Shown one piece after another: positions 8,395-18,331 of a stretch of DNA of 64,000 bases (the first letter of the stretch is position 1; each line of letters opens with the position of its first letter). Both the position numbers and the translations under genes were made by a program. Origin of the DNA: Candidatus Pacebacteria bacterium CG_4_9_14_0_2_um_filter_40_15 (GTDB lineage Bacteria > Patescibacteriota > Microgenomatia > UBA1400 > PJMF01). Where the stretch lies: positions 15,009-79,008 of the forward strand of contig PFRS01000001.1 of NCBI GenBank assembly GCA_002788675.1, in the 5' to 3' direction. Below the pieces are notes generated by a model that worked only from the letters and a program-made list of their open reading frames with translations, searched no databases and was not told the origin of the DNA.

Positions 8395-10392
8395 ATGTAC
8401 TTTTTAACCACACAACTAGATGAAGTCAAAGGGATAGGTGAAGCCTCTTTTTTGCAGCTGCAAAAAAGAGGCTTCACCACCGTAAAAGACCTCGTTCTGG
8501 CGGTACCGCTGCGGTACGAAGATAGATCACACACTGTTGCTATTGCAGAGCTGCAACCCAACACACTCATCACCATAAAAGCAACTCTCACACAAACAAA
8601 AAATTTCTACAAAGGCCGACGCAGCATGCAGTCTGCAAAGGCTACCGATTCGACTGGCAACGTTAAGTTGCAGTGGTTTAATAACCCACACGTCATTTCA
8701 AATATTAAAGAAGGAGAAGAGTACTACATTAGTGGCACCTTCAATCCAAAGTACAAAAGTATTTCGCAACCAACGATAGAAAAAGCCTACGAAAAAGATG
8801 GCAGTGCTAAAGAAAACTTGCACACTAATCGTTTGGTACCACTCTATAGCATGACCATTCCGCTCAAGCAGGGGACGCAGCGACGAATTCTTAAAGAAAT
8901 TCTTAACAACTTACGCATTCCAGATGATCTTGAGCTTCTAAACATGCGCTTGGTTGAATCCTTTGACGAAATACATTTTCCCACCACCGTTGACCACGTT
9001 ATTTTGGCTCGAGAACGACTTGCTCTCGAGGAATTGCTCTCACTCATTCATCGTTCGAAAGAAATCAAGAAAGAGTGGCTAGAACTCCATACTGCTCCGT
9101 CATTTAAAATCCCTGCAGATGTCAAAGAGGCTCTACCTGACAGCATTCCATTTATGCTAACCAAAGCACAAGAGCGATCCACCAAAGAACTGTTAGGCGA
9201 CCTTGCCCAAACAGCACCCATGAACCGACTTCTAATTGGAGACGTAGGTTCAGGAAAAACAGTCGTTGCTGGCATCGCCTGCAACCTCATAGCAGAGCAG
9301 GGCAGACATAGCGCGATTGTGGCCCCAACCAAAATTTTGGCCACCCAACATGAAGAAACGCTGCGCACCTTATTCCCAAATGCGGCCGTGCAACTCATAA
9401 CGGGTGGCCGCAAGCCACTCGAAACCCCAAAAGAACCAACTATTTTTGTGGGCACTCATGCGGTCCTTAACCGATTGGAAAGTATTGCTCCAGCATTAGT
9501 CATCTACGACGAACAACACCGATTTGGCGTGGCACAACGGTCTAAGGCACTCAATTTGGACTACATGCCGCACATCCTAACTATGTCAGCAACACCAATT
9601 CCACGTAGTCTGATGCTAACTATTTTTTCTCACCTTCAACTAAGTGTTATTAATGAAATGCCAGCTGGCCGCTTGCCTACAAAAACGTGGTTAGTCTCTG
9701 ATTCAAAGCGGGAGAGTTCATATACCTGGATGGCTGAGGAACTACTCGCACACAAAGCGCAAGCAATTGTTGTGTGTCCCTTTATTGATCCTTCAGAACA
9801 CCTAGCATTCGAAAATGTTGCTTCAGCAACTGAAACATTTAGCGCCATGACTGAGTTTATGAAAAAAAACCACCCGGGCCTTCGCCTGGGATTACTCCAT
9901 GGTCGCCAGAAAAAAACAGAACAAAACACTACTATTGAAGCCCTCTATGCTGGCGAAATTGATATCCTCGTCACCACACCAATGGTTGAAGTTGGTTTAG
10001 ACCTGAAGCGCGCCAGCATTATTGTGATCGAAGCAGCCGAGCGATTTGGGATGGCAAGCTTGCACCAGCTGCGTGGCCGCGTTGGCCGGGCCAACCAGCA
10101 AGGATATTGTCTGTTGTTCAGTAATGCCAATAGTATGAGCAGCAAGGAGCGTCTCGAGGCATTTAGTAAAGAGAATGATGGGCTTAAACTTGCAGAGCTC
10201 GATCTTAAAAATAGAGGTTCAGGGAACCTGTTTGGAACCACTCAACATGGCTTTAGTGAACTTGAGTTTGCTGACTGGGCAAATTTGGAATTGATTGGGA
10301 AAGCTCAGAAATCATTCGAAGAACTTCCAAAGACATGGAAACCACTTTTTGAGAAATCATCGGAGTCGGGTGAAACGCCGTTAGCAAACTAG
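8395..10392 (+). CDS. recG: ATP-dependent DNA helicase RecG
   Basis: PLRYED, GDVGSGKT, DEQHRFG, MSATPIPRSL, QLRGRVGR, TRG-like DLKNRGSG..GTTQHG. Confidence 0.95.
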   Translation: MYFLTTQLDEVKGIGEASFLQLQKRGFTTVKDLVLAVPLRYEDRSHTVAIAELQPNTLITIKATLTQTKNFYKGRRSMQSAKATDSTGNVKLQWFNNPHVISNIKEGEEYYISGTFNPKYKSISQPTIEKAYEKDGSAKENLHTNRLVPLYSMTIPLKQGTQRRILKEILNNLRIPDDLELLNMRLVESFDEIHFPTTVDHVILARERLALEELLSLIHRSKEIKKEWLELHTAPSFKIPADVKEALPDSIPFMLTKAQERSTKELLGDLAQTAPMNRLLIGDVGSGKTVVAGIACNLIAEQGRHSAIVAPTKILATQHEETLRTLFPNAAVQLITGGRKPLETPKEPTIFVGTHAVLNRLESIAPALVIYDEQHRFGVAQRSKALNLDYMPHILTMSATPIPRSLMLTIFSHLQLSVINEMPAGRLPTKTWLVSDSKRESSYTWMAEELLAHKAQAIVVCPFIDPSEHLAFENVASATETFSAMTEFMKKNHPGLRLGLLHGRQKKTEQNTTIEALYAGEIDILVTTPMVEVGLDLKRASIIVIEAAERFGMASLHQLRGRVGRANQQGYCLLFSNANSMSSKERLEAFSKENDGLKLAELDLKNRGSGNLFGTTQHGFSELEFADWANLELIGKAQKSFEELPKTWKPLFEKSSESGETPLAN

Positions 10393-10536
10393 AGGAAATC
10401 GGGCTTTAAAAGAACCCATATTGTCTTTTCAGCAAACAAGTGTTACTATCACACCCTCGTACCATCGAAAAATGGTATACTTTTTAGTGGAAATGAATTT
10501 GTAAGGCCAAAGGTCTTAAAAGTAGGAAAGGCACCC

Positions 10537-10698
10537 ATGGGAGCATTACCAAAAAACAAAATAACTAGTGTTGAAAGAGGCAAGCGTCGCCGAGGGAACC
10601 GTCCAACGGTAACCAAGGACACCAACAGTGCATCAGTTCCTCTTCACAAACAGTCTCTTGTTAATGATATCCTTAAAAAAGTTGGTATCAAAAAATAA
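10537..10698 (+). CDS. rpmF: Divergent 50S ribosomal protein L32, cysteine-free
   Basis: MGALPKNKITSVERGKRR matches the L32 N-terminus; position upstream of nusB-acp-rnc; missed by ORF track (53 aa). Confidence 0.75.
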   Translation: MGALPKNKITSVERGKRRRGNRPTVTKDTNSASVPLHKQSLVNDILKKVGIKK

Positions 10699-10710
10699 CT
10701 AAAGGACAGC

Positions 10711-11166
10711 ATGTCTGACCATCGACATCAAAAGCGCATCAAAATCATGCAAGATCTTTTTGCGTGCACATTTAGTGAGCAAAACACGGCCCTGTGTCTT
10801 GAAGAGCGCGATCCTGAATCAACTGTGTATCAAATTTTGCAAGTCATAGACGAACTTGACGAAAAGTTGCAGTCAGTCGCACCAGAACGTCCACTCCATG
10901 ATATAAACCAAGTTGACTTGGCTATCATGAGAACGACGCTCTATGAGTCAGAACATAAAGAAACGCCTAAAAAAGTACTCATCAACGAAGCAGTAGAAAT
11001 GGCAAAAGAATTTGGAAGTGAATCATCTTCTCGATTCGTCAATGGCGTTCTCGCCACCTTACTCATGCCAAATGGTGATGTTCCAGAAGAAAAAATTGAA
11101 AAAACAGAAGTTTTAGAGTCTACAGAAGAGCAACAACCAGAATCAGAACCATCAACGGAGGAATAA
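10711..11166 (+). CDS. nusB: Transcription antitermination factor NusB
   Basis: VDLAIMR...INEAVEMAKEFG...RFVNGVL. Confidence 0.93.
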   Translation: MSDHRHQKRIKIMQDLFACTFSEQNTALCLEERDPESTVYQILQVIDELDEKLQSVAPERPLHDINQVDLAIMRTTLYESEHKETPKKVLINEAVEMAKEFGSESSSRFVNGVLATLLMPNGDVPEEKIEKTEVLESTEEQQPESEPSTEE

Positions 11167-11168
11167 TC

Positions 11169-11438
11169 ATGATTAGTGAAGAAATATACAACTCAACACT
11201 CACTTTAGTAAGAGAAATCATTTCAGCAGAAACGGGTAACGAATTTGATGAAATACTCCCAGAGATGCATCTTGAAGATGAGCTTGAAATCACAGAAGTC
11301 GATTTAGCCCGACTTATTAAAGCAATCAATACTCACTTCAACATTAATCTCGATGCAACCGAAATTGAAGAAGAGGAGAGCGTAGAAACGGTAAAAGAAC
11401 TCGCAGCTGTTGTTGCAGAAGAGGTAGAACTAGGATAA
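11169..11438 (+). CDS. Acyl-carrier-protein-like acidic protein lacking the phosphopantetheine serine
   Basis: ACP pattern (HLEDELEI..VDL..LI..I..HFNI..D..E...ETVKEL) and acpP position before rnc; DSL replaced by TEV. Confidence 0.7.
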   Translation: MISEEIYNSTLTLVREIISAETGNEFDEILPEMHLEDELEITEVDLARLIKAINTHFNINLDATEIEEEESVETVKELAAVVAEEVELG

Positions 11439-11442
11439 TACC

Positions 11443-12120
11443 ATGCAGTTAAGCACTATTCCGACATTCCAAAACGAAGCACTCCTTGTAAAAGCACTAA
11501 CGCACCGAAGTGCTCTTAACGAAAATACTAGTTCAGCTGAAGAATCAAATGAGCGTCTCGAATTTTTAGGTGATGCCGTTCTGGAATTAATCACCACAAA
11601 ATTCCTTTTCGAAAAATTTACTACAAAACCAGAAGGTATTCTTACTGCCTATCGCAGCGCCTTAGTCAAAACCACCACGCTTGCACACACAGCTACCAAA
11701 CTTGGTCTTGGTCAAGCTCTTTTTATGAGTAAAGGTGAAGAAGCAACCGGAGGTAGAACTAATGAGGGTCTGCTTGCCGACACCATGGAAGCCGTAATCG
11801 GAGCATTATTTCTTGATCAAGGCATTGAAGTTGTCACAGAGTTCCTCATGAAAGAACTTTTTACAGAAATCGACGATATTCTCGAGAACAAACTCTATAA
11901 AGATCCAAAGAGTCATTTGCAAGAAGTTGTGCAGGCTCTGGGATTTGAAACTCCAGACTATCAGGTCACTACCGAAAAAGGTCCCGACCACGACAAAGAA
12001 TTCACCGTGCAAGTGTTTGTAAATGGGAAATCAGTCGCTATTGGCACAGGTTCCAGCAAACAACGAGCCCAACAAGATGCTGCTCAAAAAGCGCTTAAAA
12101 AATACCCCGGCGCGGTCTAG
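11443..12120 (+). CDS. rnc: Ribonuclease III
   Basis: ALTHRS, NERLEFLGDAVL, dsRBD with GPDHDKEF. Confidence 0.97.
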   Translation: MQLSTIPTFQNEALLVKALTHRSALNENTSSAEESNERLEFLGDAVLELITTKFLFEKFTTKPEGILTAYRSALVKTTTLAHTATKLGLGQALFMSKGEEATGGRTNEGLLADTMEAVIGALFLDQGIEVVTEFLMKELFTEIDDILENKLYKDPKSHLQEVVQALGFETPDYQVTTEKGPDHDKEFTVQVFVNGKSVAIGTGSSKQRAQQDAAQKALKKYPGAV

Positions 12121-12150
12121 ATGCACTCTTGAGTTTTGAACAGTCCAGGT

Positions 12151-12279
12151 GTCTGGACAATAGAACTTCAAGAATCTCTTGAGGACGTCAAGGCGATTTC
12201 TATCGAGTGCACAAGTGTTGTATAGTCCGAAAGGAAGCGAGCTATTGGCGAGCGTTTCTTGAAGTTCTATTGTCCAGAC
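12151..12279. repeat. 24-bp perfect inverted repeat enclosing 81 nt (MITE-like element or structured RNA)
   Basis: GTCTGGACAATAGAACTTCAAGAA (12151-12174) and its exact reverse complement (12256-12279). Confidence 0.85.
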
Positions 12280-12396
12280 TTCCTCTTGAGAAAATTCACA
12301 AAGTAACGTATAATTTGGGTTCTGCGTTGAAGAAACGCCAAATTAAGACATGCTCAGTCAGAACATTAGTATAAAAAAGTAAAAAAAGTATCACTT

Positions 12397-12819
12397 ATGC
12401 TTAAAATCAAACTCGCTCGATTCGGAAAACGAAATCAGCCACACTATCGTATTGTTGTTAACGAAGCACGTACCAAACGTGATGGTAAATATAAGGCCCT
12501 TTTAGGTCATTACGCTCCAACTCAGACTCCAAAAGTCCTTGAGATAAATATGGAACTCTACAAAGAGTGGTTAGCTAAAGGTGCTCAACCTACTGATACG
12601 GTTGCACATTTAGTAACTCGCTTCGAGTCTGGCACTTCATTCCCTGAAAAGAAACCAACTCTTTCTAAGAAAGCTCGAGCAAAACTCGCGCTAGCTGCAG
12701 AAGAGAAAGCAACAGCTGCTACCCAAGCTGCTGAAGCTAAAGCTGCTCCAAAAGAGGAAACTCCTGTGGAAGAGAAAGCAACCGCAGAAGAAGCTCCTGT
12801 TGAGACAACAGCAGCATAA
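12397..12819 (+). CDS. rpsP: 30S ribosomal protein S16 with Ala/Glu-rich C-terminal tail
   Basis: MLKIKLARFGKRNQPHYRIVV...GAQPTDTV. Confidence 0.97.
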   Translation: MLKIKLARFGKRNQPHYRIVVNEARTKRDGKYKALLGHYAPTQTPKVLEINMELYKEWLAKGAQPTDTVAHLVTRFESGTSFPEKKPTLSKKARAKLALAAEEKATAATQAAEAKAAPKEETPVEEKATAEEAPVETTAA

Positions 12820-12860
12820 ATTTTGAACCTGTACTCAGCCAATTATAGAAAGTTTTCATC

Positions 12861-13118
12861 ATGAAAAATCTGATTGAATACATCCTCATTCATCTTGTAG
12901 AACATCCAGAAGACGTCAAAGTCATTGAATCTGAAGATGATCGTGGCGCAGTCTACACTATCCACGTCAACAAAGAAGATATTGGTCGCGTCATCGGAAA
13001 AGGTGGCTCAGTTATCCAATCTATTCGCAACATCGGAAAGATCCGTGCTGTTAAAGAAGGCATCCATGCTTACATTAACCTTGCTGAAGATGATGACGAA
13101 GCAAGCGACGAAGAATAA
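12861..13118 (+). CDS. khpA: KH-domain RNA-binding protein KhpA
   Basis: DIGRVIGKGG GxxG loop; conserved position after rpsP. Confidence 0.9.
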   Translation: MKNLIEYILIHLVEHPEDVKVIESEDDRGAVYTIHVNKEDIGRVIGKGGSVIQSIRNIGKIRAVKEGIHAYINLAEDDDEASDEE

Positions 13119-13144
13119 TTCTTCAAAATACACTTAAAACTGAT

Positions 13145-13177
13145 ATGAGCCAGGCAGAATGCCTGGCTCATTTTTTT
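13145..13177 (+). terminator. Intrinsic terminator between khpA and pilO
   Basis: ATGAGCCAGGCA-gaa-TGCCTGGCTCAT followed by T-run. Confidence 0.85.
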
Positions 13178-13195
13178 CAATAAAAAAGCTTACCT

Positions 13196-14134
13196 TTATT
13201 CAGGTGTTCCACCGTCACCGGTAGTTACCTCAGGCGGTGGTGTAGGAGTAGAAAGGAGACCAGTATCTGTAGGTTGTTCTGTTTCAAGAGCAGGAGTTCC
13301 CTGATCGGTTTGATCCGTTTGATCACCTACATCAAGTTGTGACTTAAACTCATTTAATATTTGTAACTTATCAACTCCAAATGGATCTTCAGTGCCGCCA
13401 CCAACTATTTCAGTCTGTTCAGGCAAGTCATAATTCTGGAACTGCGCCAGAGCAGTGAGTACATTTCTATCTAGAGCCGTAAGTTTGGGAAGTGGCGCAT
13501 CAACAGTTGCTTTTATTGACTGGGTGAAGAAATAGGTACTGGTACTCAAAGTCGCTTTAATCTGACGATCACTGCCGCGATCAGCTCCGGATGCTCCCTG
13601 GCCAAGTGAAAGTTTTGTGATTGTAGTAAATGGTGAAATTTTTTCTATATCGAGTAAAAACTGCTGTAGACCATCAAATGAACCTTCAATCTCAAGCTCT
13701 AAATCAAGAGTGTCAACAGATGCTGCAGCTTGCTTAGTAGTTTTAGTGGCATCAGCACTGTCTGTAGAGATCTGGCCAGGACTGAGTTCAAAGTTGCCAA
13801 CACTGATATTGTTTGCAATAGCAATGCTGTTTAAACTAGTCAAAAACTCGAGCAAAGGTTTTTTCGAGGGCAGAGCAGAGTTAACAACATCAGCCTGGGA
13901 AAATTCAGTCGTTGAATCGATAGACTGCAGTTCTAATAACTTGGCTTGCAGTTTTTCTAGCGTAGGATGTTCTTTACTATATTTAGTGTTTAAACTCAGT
14001 GACTCTGTGATTTGAGGATAAATAGCAAAAGCAACAATAGCCATACCAAGAGCTACTAAACCAATGGTGTACACGAGCTTACGTCGTGTTATCCAAATGA
14101 TCTTGTAGTTAAATGCTGTTTTCTTTGCTGCCAT
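13196..14134 (-). CDS. pilO: Type IV pilus assembly protein PilO-like
   Basis: N-terminal TM, coiled coil, ALPSK...LEIEGSF..LQQFL..IEK; third gene of pilMNO. Confidence 0.75.
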   Translation of the reverse strand: MAAKKTAFNYKIIWITRRKLVYTIGLVALGMAIVAFAIYPQITESLSLNTKYSKEHPTLEKLQAKLLELQSIDSTTEFSQADVVNSALPSKKPLLEFLTSLNSIAIANNISVGNFELSPGQISTDSADATKTTKQAAASVDTLDLELEIEGSFDGLQQFLLDIEKISPFTTITKLSLGQGASGADRGSDRQIKATLSTSTYFFTQSIKATVDAPLPKLTALDRNVLTALAQFQNYDLPEQTEIVGGGTEDPFGVDKLQILNEFKSQLDVGDQTDQTDQGTPALETEQPTDTGLLSTPTPPPEVTTGDGGTPE

Positions 14135-14140
14135 AGTTTC

Positions 14141-14770
14141 CTATTGATTCACTTCTTCGTTTTCTGTGGTGTCTTGTACTAAGCCTTCTTGTGCGCTTGC
14201 TGCTACGTCTTCAAGATACGTTGAACCACCAAGAATAATAGTAAGTTTAATCGAGTATGCTCCAGATTCACCACGGCCAAGATCGCTTTTCTGTACCTTT
14301 GCATACTTACTGAGAACCTCATCTGATTCTAGAACTGTAAACACGTTTTCTAAATCAAAAACACTTGGAGCTGTGAGGGTGAATGACACAATGCTGTTGT
14401 CATCTTCCGAGTAATCAATACCACTAATGATCACTTGAGGACCGAATACCTGTGAAAAATAGACCATTGCCTCTTGCTTGTCTTGACGTTTACCAAACAA
14501 GTCTGAGAGAGCACGAAGCTTATGGGCAAACACGTTATAGTCTTTTTCAACCTGTTCTTGAGCCTCAATAGCCTTACGCGCATTTGCCTGGTTATCTTTG
14601 AGCGCGTTAATTCTATACAGAAAGAAAAATCTCAGACCAATGGTAATTAAAAAAACTACGAATACTACAATCACACCAATGATGGCGTATTGAAACCACT
14701 TCTCATCCTGGACCTGTTGTGCAGTGAGACGTTTTCTTCGATTCGCAACAAAATTAATACCTTTGGCCAT
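14141..14770 (-). CDS. pilN: Type IV pilus assembly protein PilN-like
   Basis: GINFV N-terminal motif (INLL-like), TM, coiled coil; follows pilM. Confidence 0.7.
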   Translation of the reverse strand: MAKGINFVANRRKRLTAQQVQDEKWFQYAIIGVIVVFVVFLITIGLRFFFLYRINALKDNQANARKAIEAQEQVEKDYNVFAHKLRALSDLFGKRQDKQEAMVYFSQVFGPQVIISGIDYSEDDNSIVSFTLTAPSVFDLENVFTVLESDEVLSKYAKVQKSDLGRGESGAYSIKLTIILGGSTYLEDVAASAQEGLVQDTTENEEVNQ

Positions 14771-14771
14771 G

Positions 14772-15779
14772 TTACATTTCTCTCAAGAGTAATCCCATAC
14801 AGACACCCATTGCAGGTGGATTAATAGTTTCAGGAATAGCGCCATCTATGCCCGTAAAAGGAGCAGCAACAAGAACTTCTGTACCCAATTCTTGCGCAAT
14901 ATACTGCACAAGATTAGGCATAGCAGCTGTACCTCCCGATAGGACAACACGCTGAATTGATTCAGTTGGATTCTGAGTCACAAAAAATTGAATTGATTTT
15001 TTCATTTCAGCTGTCAAAATCTGAAGACCAGGAAGCAACGCAGCAGCAACTTTACCCTGGAATTGAGTTTCATCAAGACCATAGGTGCGTTTGTATTTTT
15101 CAGCTTGGTGCTGGTCAAGACCGACCGTTTGTTCCAGAGCCTTGGTAAGAAGTTGACCACCATTCATATGACTGGTAACAAAAGTGAGTTCACCTTTTTG
15201 AATAATAGACATATTCATACTCGAGGCGCCCAAGTGGACAATCATTGTATTTGGATCTTCTGGAGTAAACATGAGCGAACGAATAAGTGAAATCATGTGT
15301 GTTTCAACGAGTGAAGGCTCAATACCTAAAATATGGAACATATCAACAAAACGATCGACAATTTGTTTACGAGCACCAACGAGTAAAATTCTCATTGGCT
15401 CTTTTTCCTTTTTGGGTCCACGATAGAGCACTTGGTACTCAAGAGCTAATTCTTCTGGAGGAATTGGAATATGCTGTTCGGCTTGCCACCCAATTGCTGA
15501 AGCAAGCTCTGCATCGCTGAGTGGTGGAATTTCAATGATTTTAGTTGAGATGACTGATTCAGGGAGTGAAATACGCACATCTGTTCGAGGGAGATCATTG
15601 TCAACAATAACTGATTCAATCAGATTAACGAGTTTATCTTGACTAACATCGTCGGTCGGAACAGCAATACCTGTCGTGTTAAAAACTTCGGCAATACGTT
15701 CAATTTTGGGCTTTGGACCAGCAGTTCCAGCAATTGCTTTTATACTGTAGGTTCCAATATCAAGTGCGAGTGTAGACAT
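14772..15779 (-). CDS. pilM: Type IV pilus assembly protein PilM
   Basis: LALDIGTYSIK actin-like motif, EAEQ-like QAEQHIPIP, VVLSGG. Confidence 0.92.
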   Translation of the reverse strand: MSTLALDIGTYSIKAIAGTAGPKPKIERIAEVFNTTGIAVPTDDVSQDKLVNLIESVIVDNDLPRTDVRISLPESVISTKIIEIPPLSDAELASAIGWQAEQHIPIPPEELALEYQVLYRGPKKEKEPMRILLVGARKQIVDRFVDMFHILGIEPSLVETHMISLIRSLMFTPEDPNTMIVHLGASSMNMSIIQKGELTFVTSHMNGGQLLTKALEQTVGLDQHQAEKYKRTYGLDETQFQGKVAAALLPGLQILTAEMKKSIQFFVTQNPTESIQRVVLSGGTAAMPNLVQYIAQELGTEVLVAAPFTGIDGAIPETINPPAMGVCMGLLLREM

Positions 15780-15814
15780 AGGGCAGGCTTTCTTGTCTTA
15801 ATATGAATAGTTTC

Positions 15815-16612
15815 TTACGGATTTTGTGTAATACTAGCTCCTGAGTACAACGCATAGTCCATATATGCAGGACCCGTTGGTAATGTACGCGACACTTCAA
15901 TATTTCGTTCCTCATCGCCTTCTGAATATGTGCCTGTTGAAGAAATGACGTGATATTGAGTTGGGAACCCAACTCCACCAGATATTTTAATGTCGGTATC
16001 GGCGTACACAGGTTTAATTCTCATGAAAAGAGGGTTCGGCGGAAGAGATTGATTAAAGGGTGATCCAACAGAGGTAATGGTAAATTGATGGCGATAGGTG
16101 TTACTAGCACCGGTTGCCGTCCCGTCAAAAAAGTTATCTGAGTCATGACCATTGCATGTTGGTCCAAATGGAATTACTTTTGTACGAACCGTAGCTGGAT
16201 TAGTAGTTGTATCACTGTAAAAAATATTTGCAACTAATGATGCACGCTCAGAACAATCTGCTTCGGATGCCCACTCAAAATTTACACCACTGGTATAGCC
16301 AGTCAAGTCGATATGGACACTTGCACCTTCTGCAACTCGAGTATCGAGCGTGCTACTGCCAGTAACATTATAGGCGACATCAACACCATCGATAGATAAC
16401 GTACCTTGGCCTTGCAACTCACTCAATGCTTGTTCAATTCCAGATTCAGCAGCATTAAAAACACGGGCACTTTCAGACTGCTGATCGGAAAGAAACAGTT
16501 CTTGGGTTGTTCGTGTTGCTAAAGACAAACCAATGGTAAGTAAAACTACCATAATGAGCAGCACTACAACAGCGACTTGTCCAGATTGGGGAGTGGTTTT
16601 TTTATTTTGCAT
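15815..16612 (-). CDS. PilX-like minor pilin
   Basis: SGQVAVVVLLIMVVLLTIG...AAESGIE, PilX N-terminal signature. Confidence 0.8.
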   Translation of the reverse strand: MQNKKTTPQSGQVAVVVLLIMVVLLTIGLSLATRTTQELFLSDQQSESARVFNAAESGIEQALSELQGQGTLSIDGVDVAYNVTGSSTLDTRVAEGASVHIDLTGYTSGVNFEWASEADCSERASLVANIFYSDTTTNPATVRTKVIPFGPTCNGHDSDNFFDGTATGASNTYRHQFTITSVGSPFNQSLPPNPLFMRIKPVYADTDIKISGGVGFPTQYHVISSTGTYSEGDEERNIEVSRTLPTGPAYMDYALYSGASITQNP

Positions 16613-16723
16613 AGTACGTACACACTACTACTATGCATCATCATACCCTAAAAACTAGGTCACTCGCAAGGGGAGAGATGAGGAAAAAATTTGGAACTTT
16701 TTGCAGAAAATTATTGCTGAAAA

Positions 16724-17287
16724 TTAACGATACTCTTCGTTATCTTCCATATCCTTTTGAATCAGGTTACGAAGATACACAGATCGTGGAATTTTTTTAT
16801 TCTTTGCAATCCAGTCAAGGTAGTTTCCGATGGCAGGGGAGATGAAGAAGTTGAAGCGGACGTCTGCTGATTCGGCAGCATTCTCAAGAATGATATCGAG
16901 CACATCATCAATGGTGTCTTCATTGTAACCAACAATTTGCAATTTTTCTTTTTCAACACCCTTAATACTATTTGGTGGGTTTGATTTTTTGTCATTATAC
17001 AAAGCAATAACCGGTTTATGTAATGAGACAGCTACTGCAAGCTCATAACCAATACTAATATCTGGTTTAGTTGTTTCAAAGACAACTACATCGGCTGTTT
17101 TTATCCAATTCATAGATCGCTCGACATAAAACTTTGCCTCTTGAGGACTTTCCTTATCTATATCATCAAGAGTTCTACTAAGATAATGGTCTGTAACTAA
17201 TGAATGGTCAAGCTTGTGAATAAACTGACAAATTTTTTTAAAATCAGATTTATCACCATCTACCGCTGCTGCGAAGTGTACTTTCAT
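16724..17287 (-). CDS. Nucleoside 2-deoxyribosyltransferase-like domain fused to C-terminal ribbon-helix-helix DNA-binding domain
   Basis: KVHFAA...ADVVVFE...SIGYELAVA...KPVIALY (NDT/DNPH1 fold); DVRFNFFIS...YLDWIAK...RSVYLRNLI (RHH). Confidence 0.7.
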   Translation of the reverse strand: MKVHFAAAVDGDKSDFKKICQFIHKLDHSLVTDHYLSRTLDDIDKESPQEAKFYVERSMNWIKTADVVVFETTKPDISIGYELAVAVSLHKPVIALYNDKKSNPPNSIKGVEKEKLQIVGYNEDTIDDVLDIILENAAESADVRFNFFISPAIGNYLDWIAKNKKIPRSVYLRNLIQKDMEDNEEYR

Positions 17288-17296
17288 ATTAACATC

Positions 17297-18331
17297 CTAT
17301 ATTACCTTTTTAATTATTCTCTCAATATCTTTATTTAATTTTTCTCTTTTTTGAGTGACGCTATGACTTCGTTCATTAGACAAATCCTCTGCATGCAGTT
17401 TTGAAAGATTATTTGAGACAAAATGTAGATATCCAAACTGCATGCCCGAATCATGTGCAGCTTTAGCAAAATACCCTATCTCAGAATCAACTAATGAAAA
17501 ATTGCTAAATAACTTAACCCAATCTTTATTCTCAAACAAAACAGAAGGAGAATTAACATGACTCCCCTCAAAGATTAAGTCGAGATCTAGATCTGCAAAT
17601 GGATTTTTCCACTTTATAATCTCACCATTTATATAGCAAATACCACCAGTAGCCAATACCTGGTTTGGAATTATCGACTCATCAATACCACCCACTTTAG
17701 CAGTAAAAAATATTTTCTTATGATGTAATTCGCTAAGATAATGAACAAGTCTATACAAAATGTCTCCCCAAAAACTAAATTGAAGTATTAAATAAGTAAC
17801 ACTTTTTCCATTTGGTAGTGTTTCAACAGCCCAAAGAAATCTATCATTCTCTTGCCAAACTGTAGTTTCATCTGTGAAATTAAACAATCCTGATCCAACA
17901 ACAATTGCATCTGTTACCTCCAGAACATCTAACTCAAGATCATATATTTCTTGCCAACACTCTTCCTGTGACGGCAAAATATAAGTAACATGATCATATT
18001 TTTTCCCCTTAAGTGCTAGATATGAACTTATCAAAGATGCATAGTGTCGGACATAATCTATTCCAGGAAAACATTTAATGTATAGTACATTTTTAACTAC
18101 TTCAGCTGTTGGTCTCTGCCAGTTAGTCAATTTTCCACCTTTTTCGTATTTTGAAATTATGGCGGTTCTATCGTAATTACCCACCACAATAATTTCATCG
18201 TAAAGATCAGTATCAACATCCCTTATCAGATGATGCATCTTTATGTCAATATATTTCCCCAAACTTTTCCCCATACTATGCGTATCTGGATCAATCACAG
18301 TATGTGGATTTAGTTGTCTATTATTTTTCAT
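17297..18331 (-). CDS. PNP/UDP-phosphorylase-fold protein (nucleoside phosphorylase/nucleosidase-like)
   Basis: KIFFTAKVGG, SPSVLFE, LVDSE, YLHFVSNNL resemble PNP_UDP_1 motifs. Confidence 0.6.
   Translation of the reverse strand: MKNNRQLNPHTVIDPDTHSMGKSLGKYIDIKMHHLIRDVDTDLYDEIIVVGNYDRTAIISKYEKGGKLTNWQRPTAEVVKNVLYIKCFPGIDYVRHYASLISSYLALKGKKYDHVTYILPSQEECWQEIYDLELDVLEVTDAIVVGSGLFNFTDETTVWQENDRFLWAVETLPNGKSVTYLILQFSFWGDILYRLVHYLSELHHKKIFFTAKVGGIDESIIPNQVLATGGICYINGEIIKWKNPFADLDLDLIFEGSHVNSPSVLFENKDWVKLFSNFSLVDSEIGYFAKAAHDSGMQFGYLHFVSNNLSKLHAEDLSNERSHSVTQKREKLNKDIERIIKKVI

Noticed and set aside
16608-16637. Hairpin TGCATAGTA...TACTATGCA covering the pilX start codon
   Set aside because: Nine-bp AT-rich stem with no counterpart at the other inversion boundary; not distinguishable from chance
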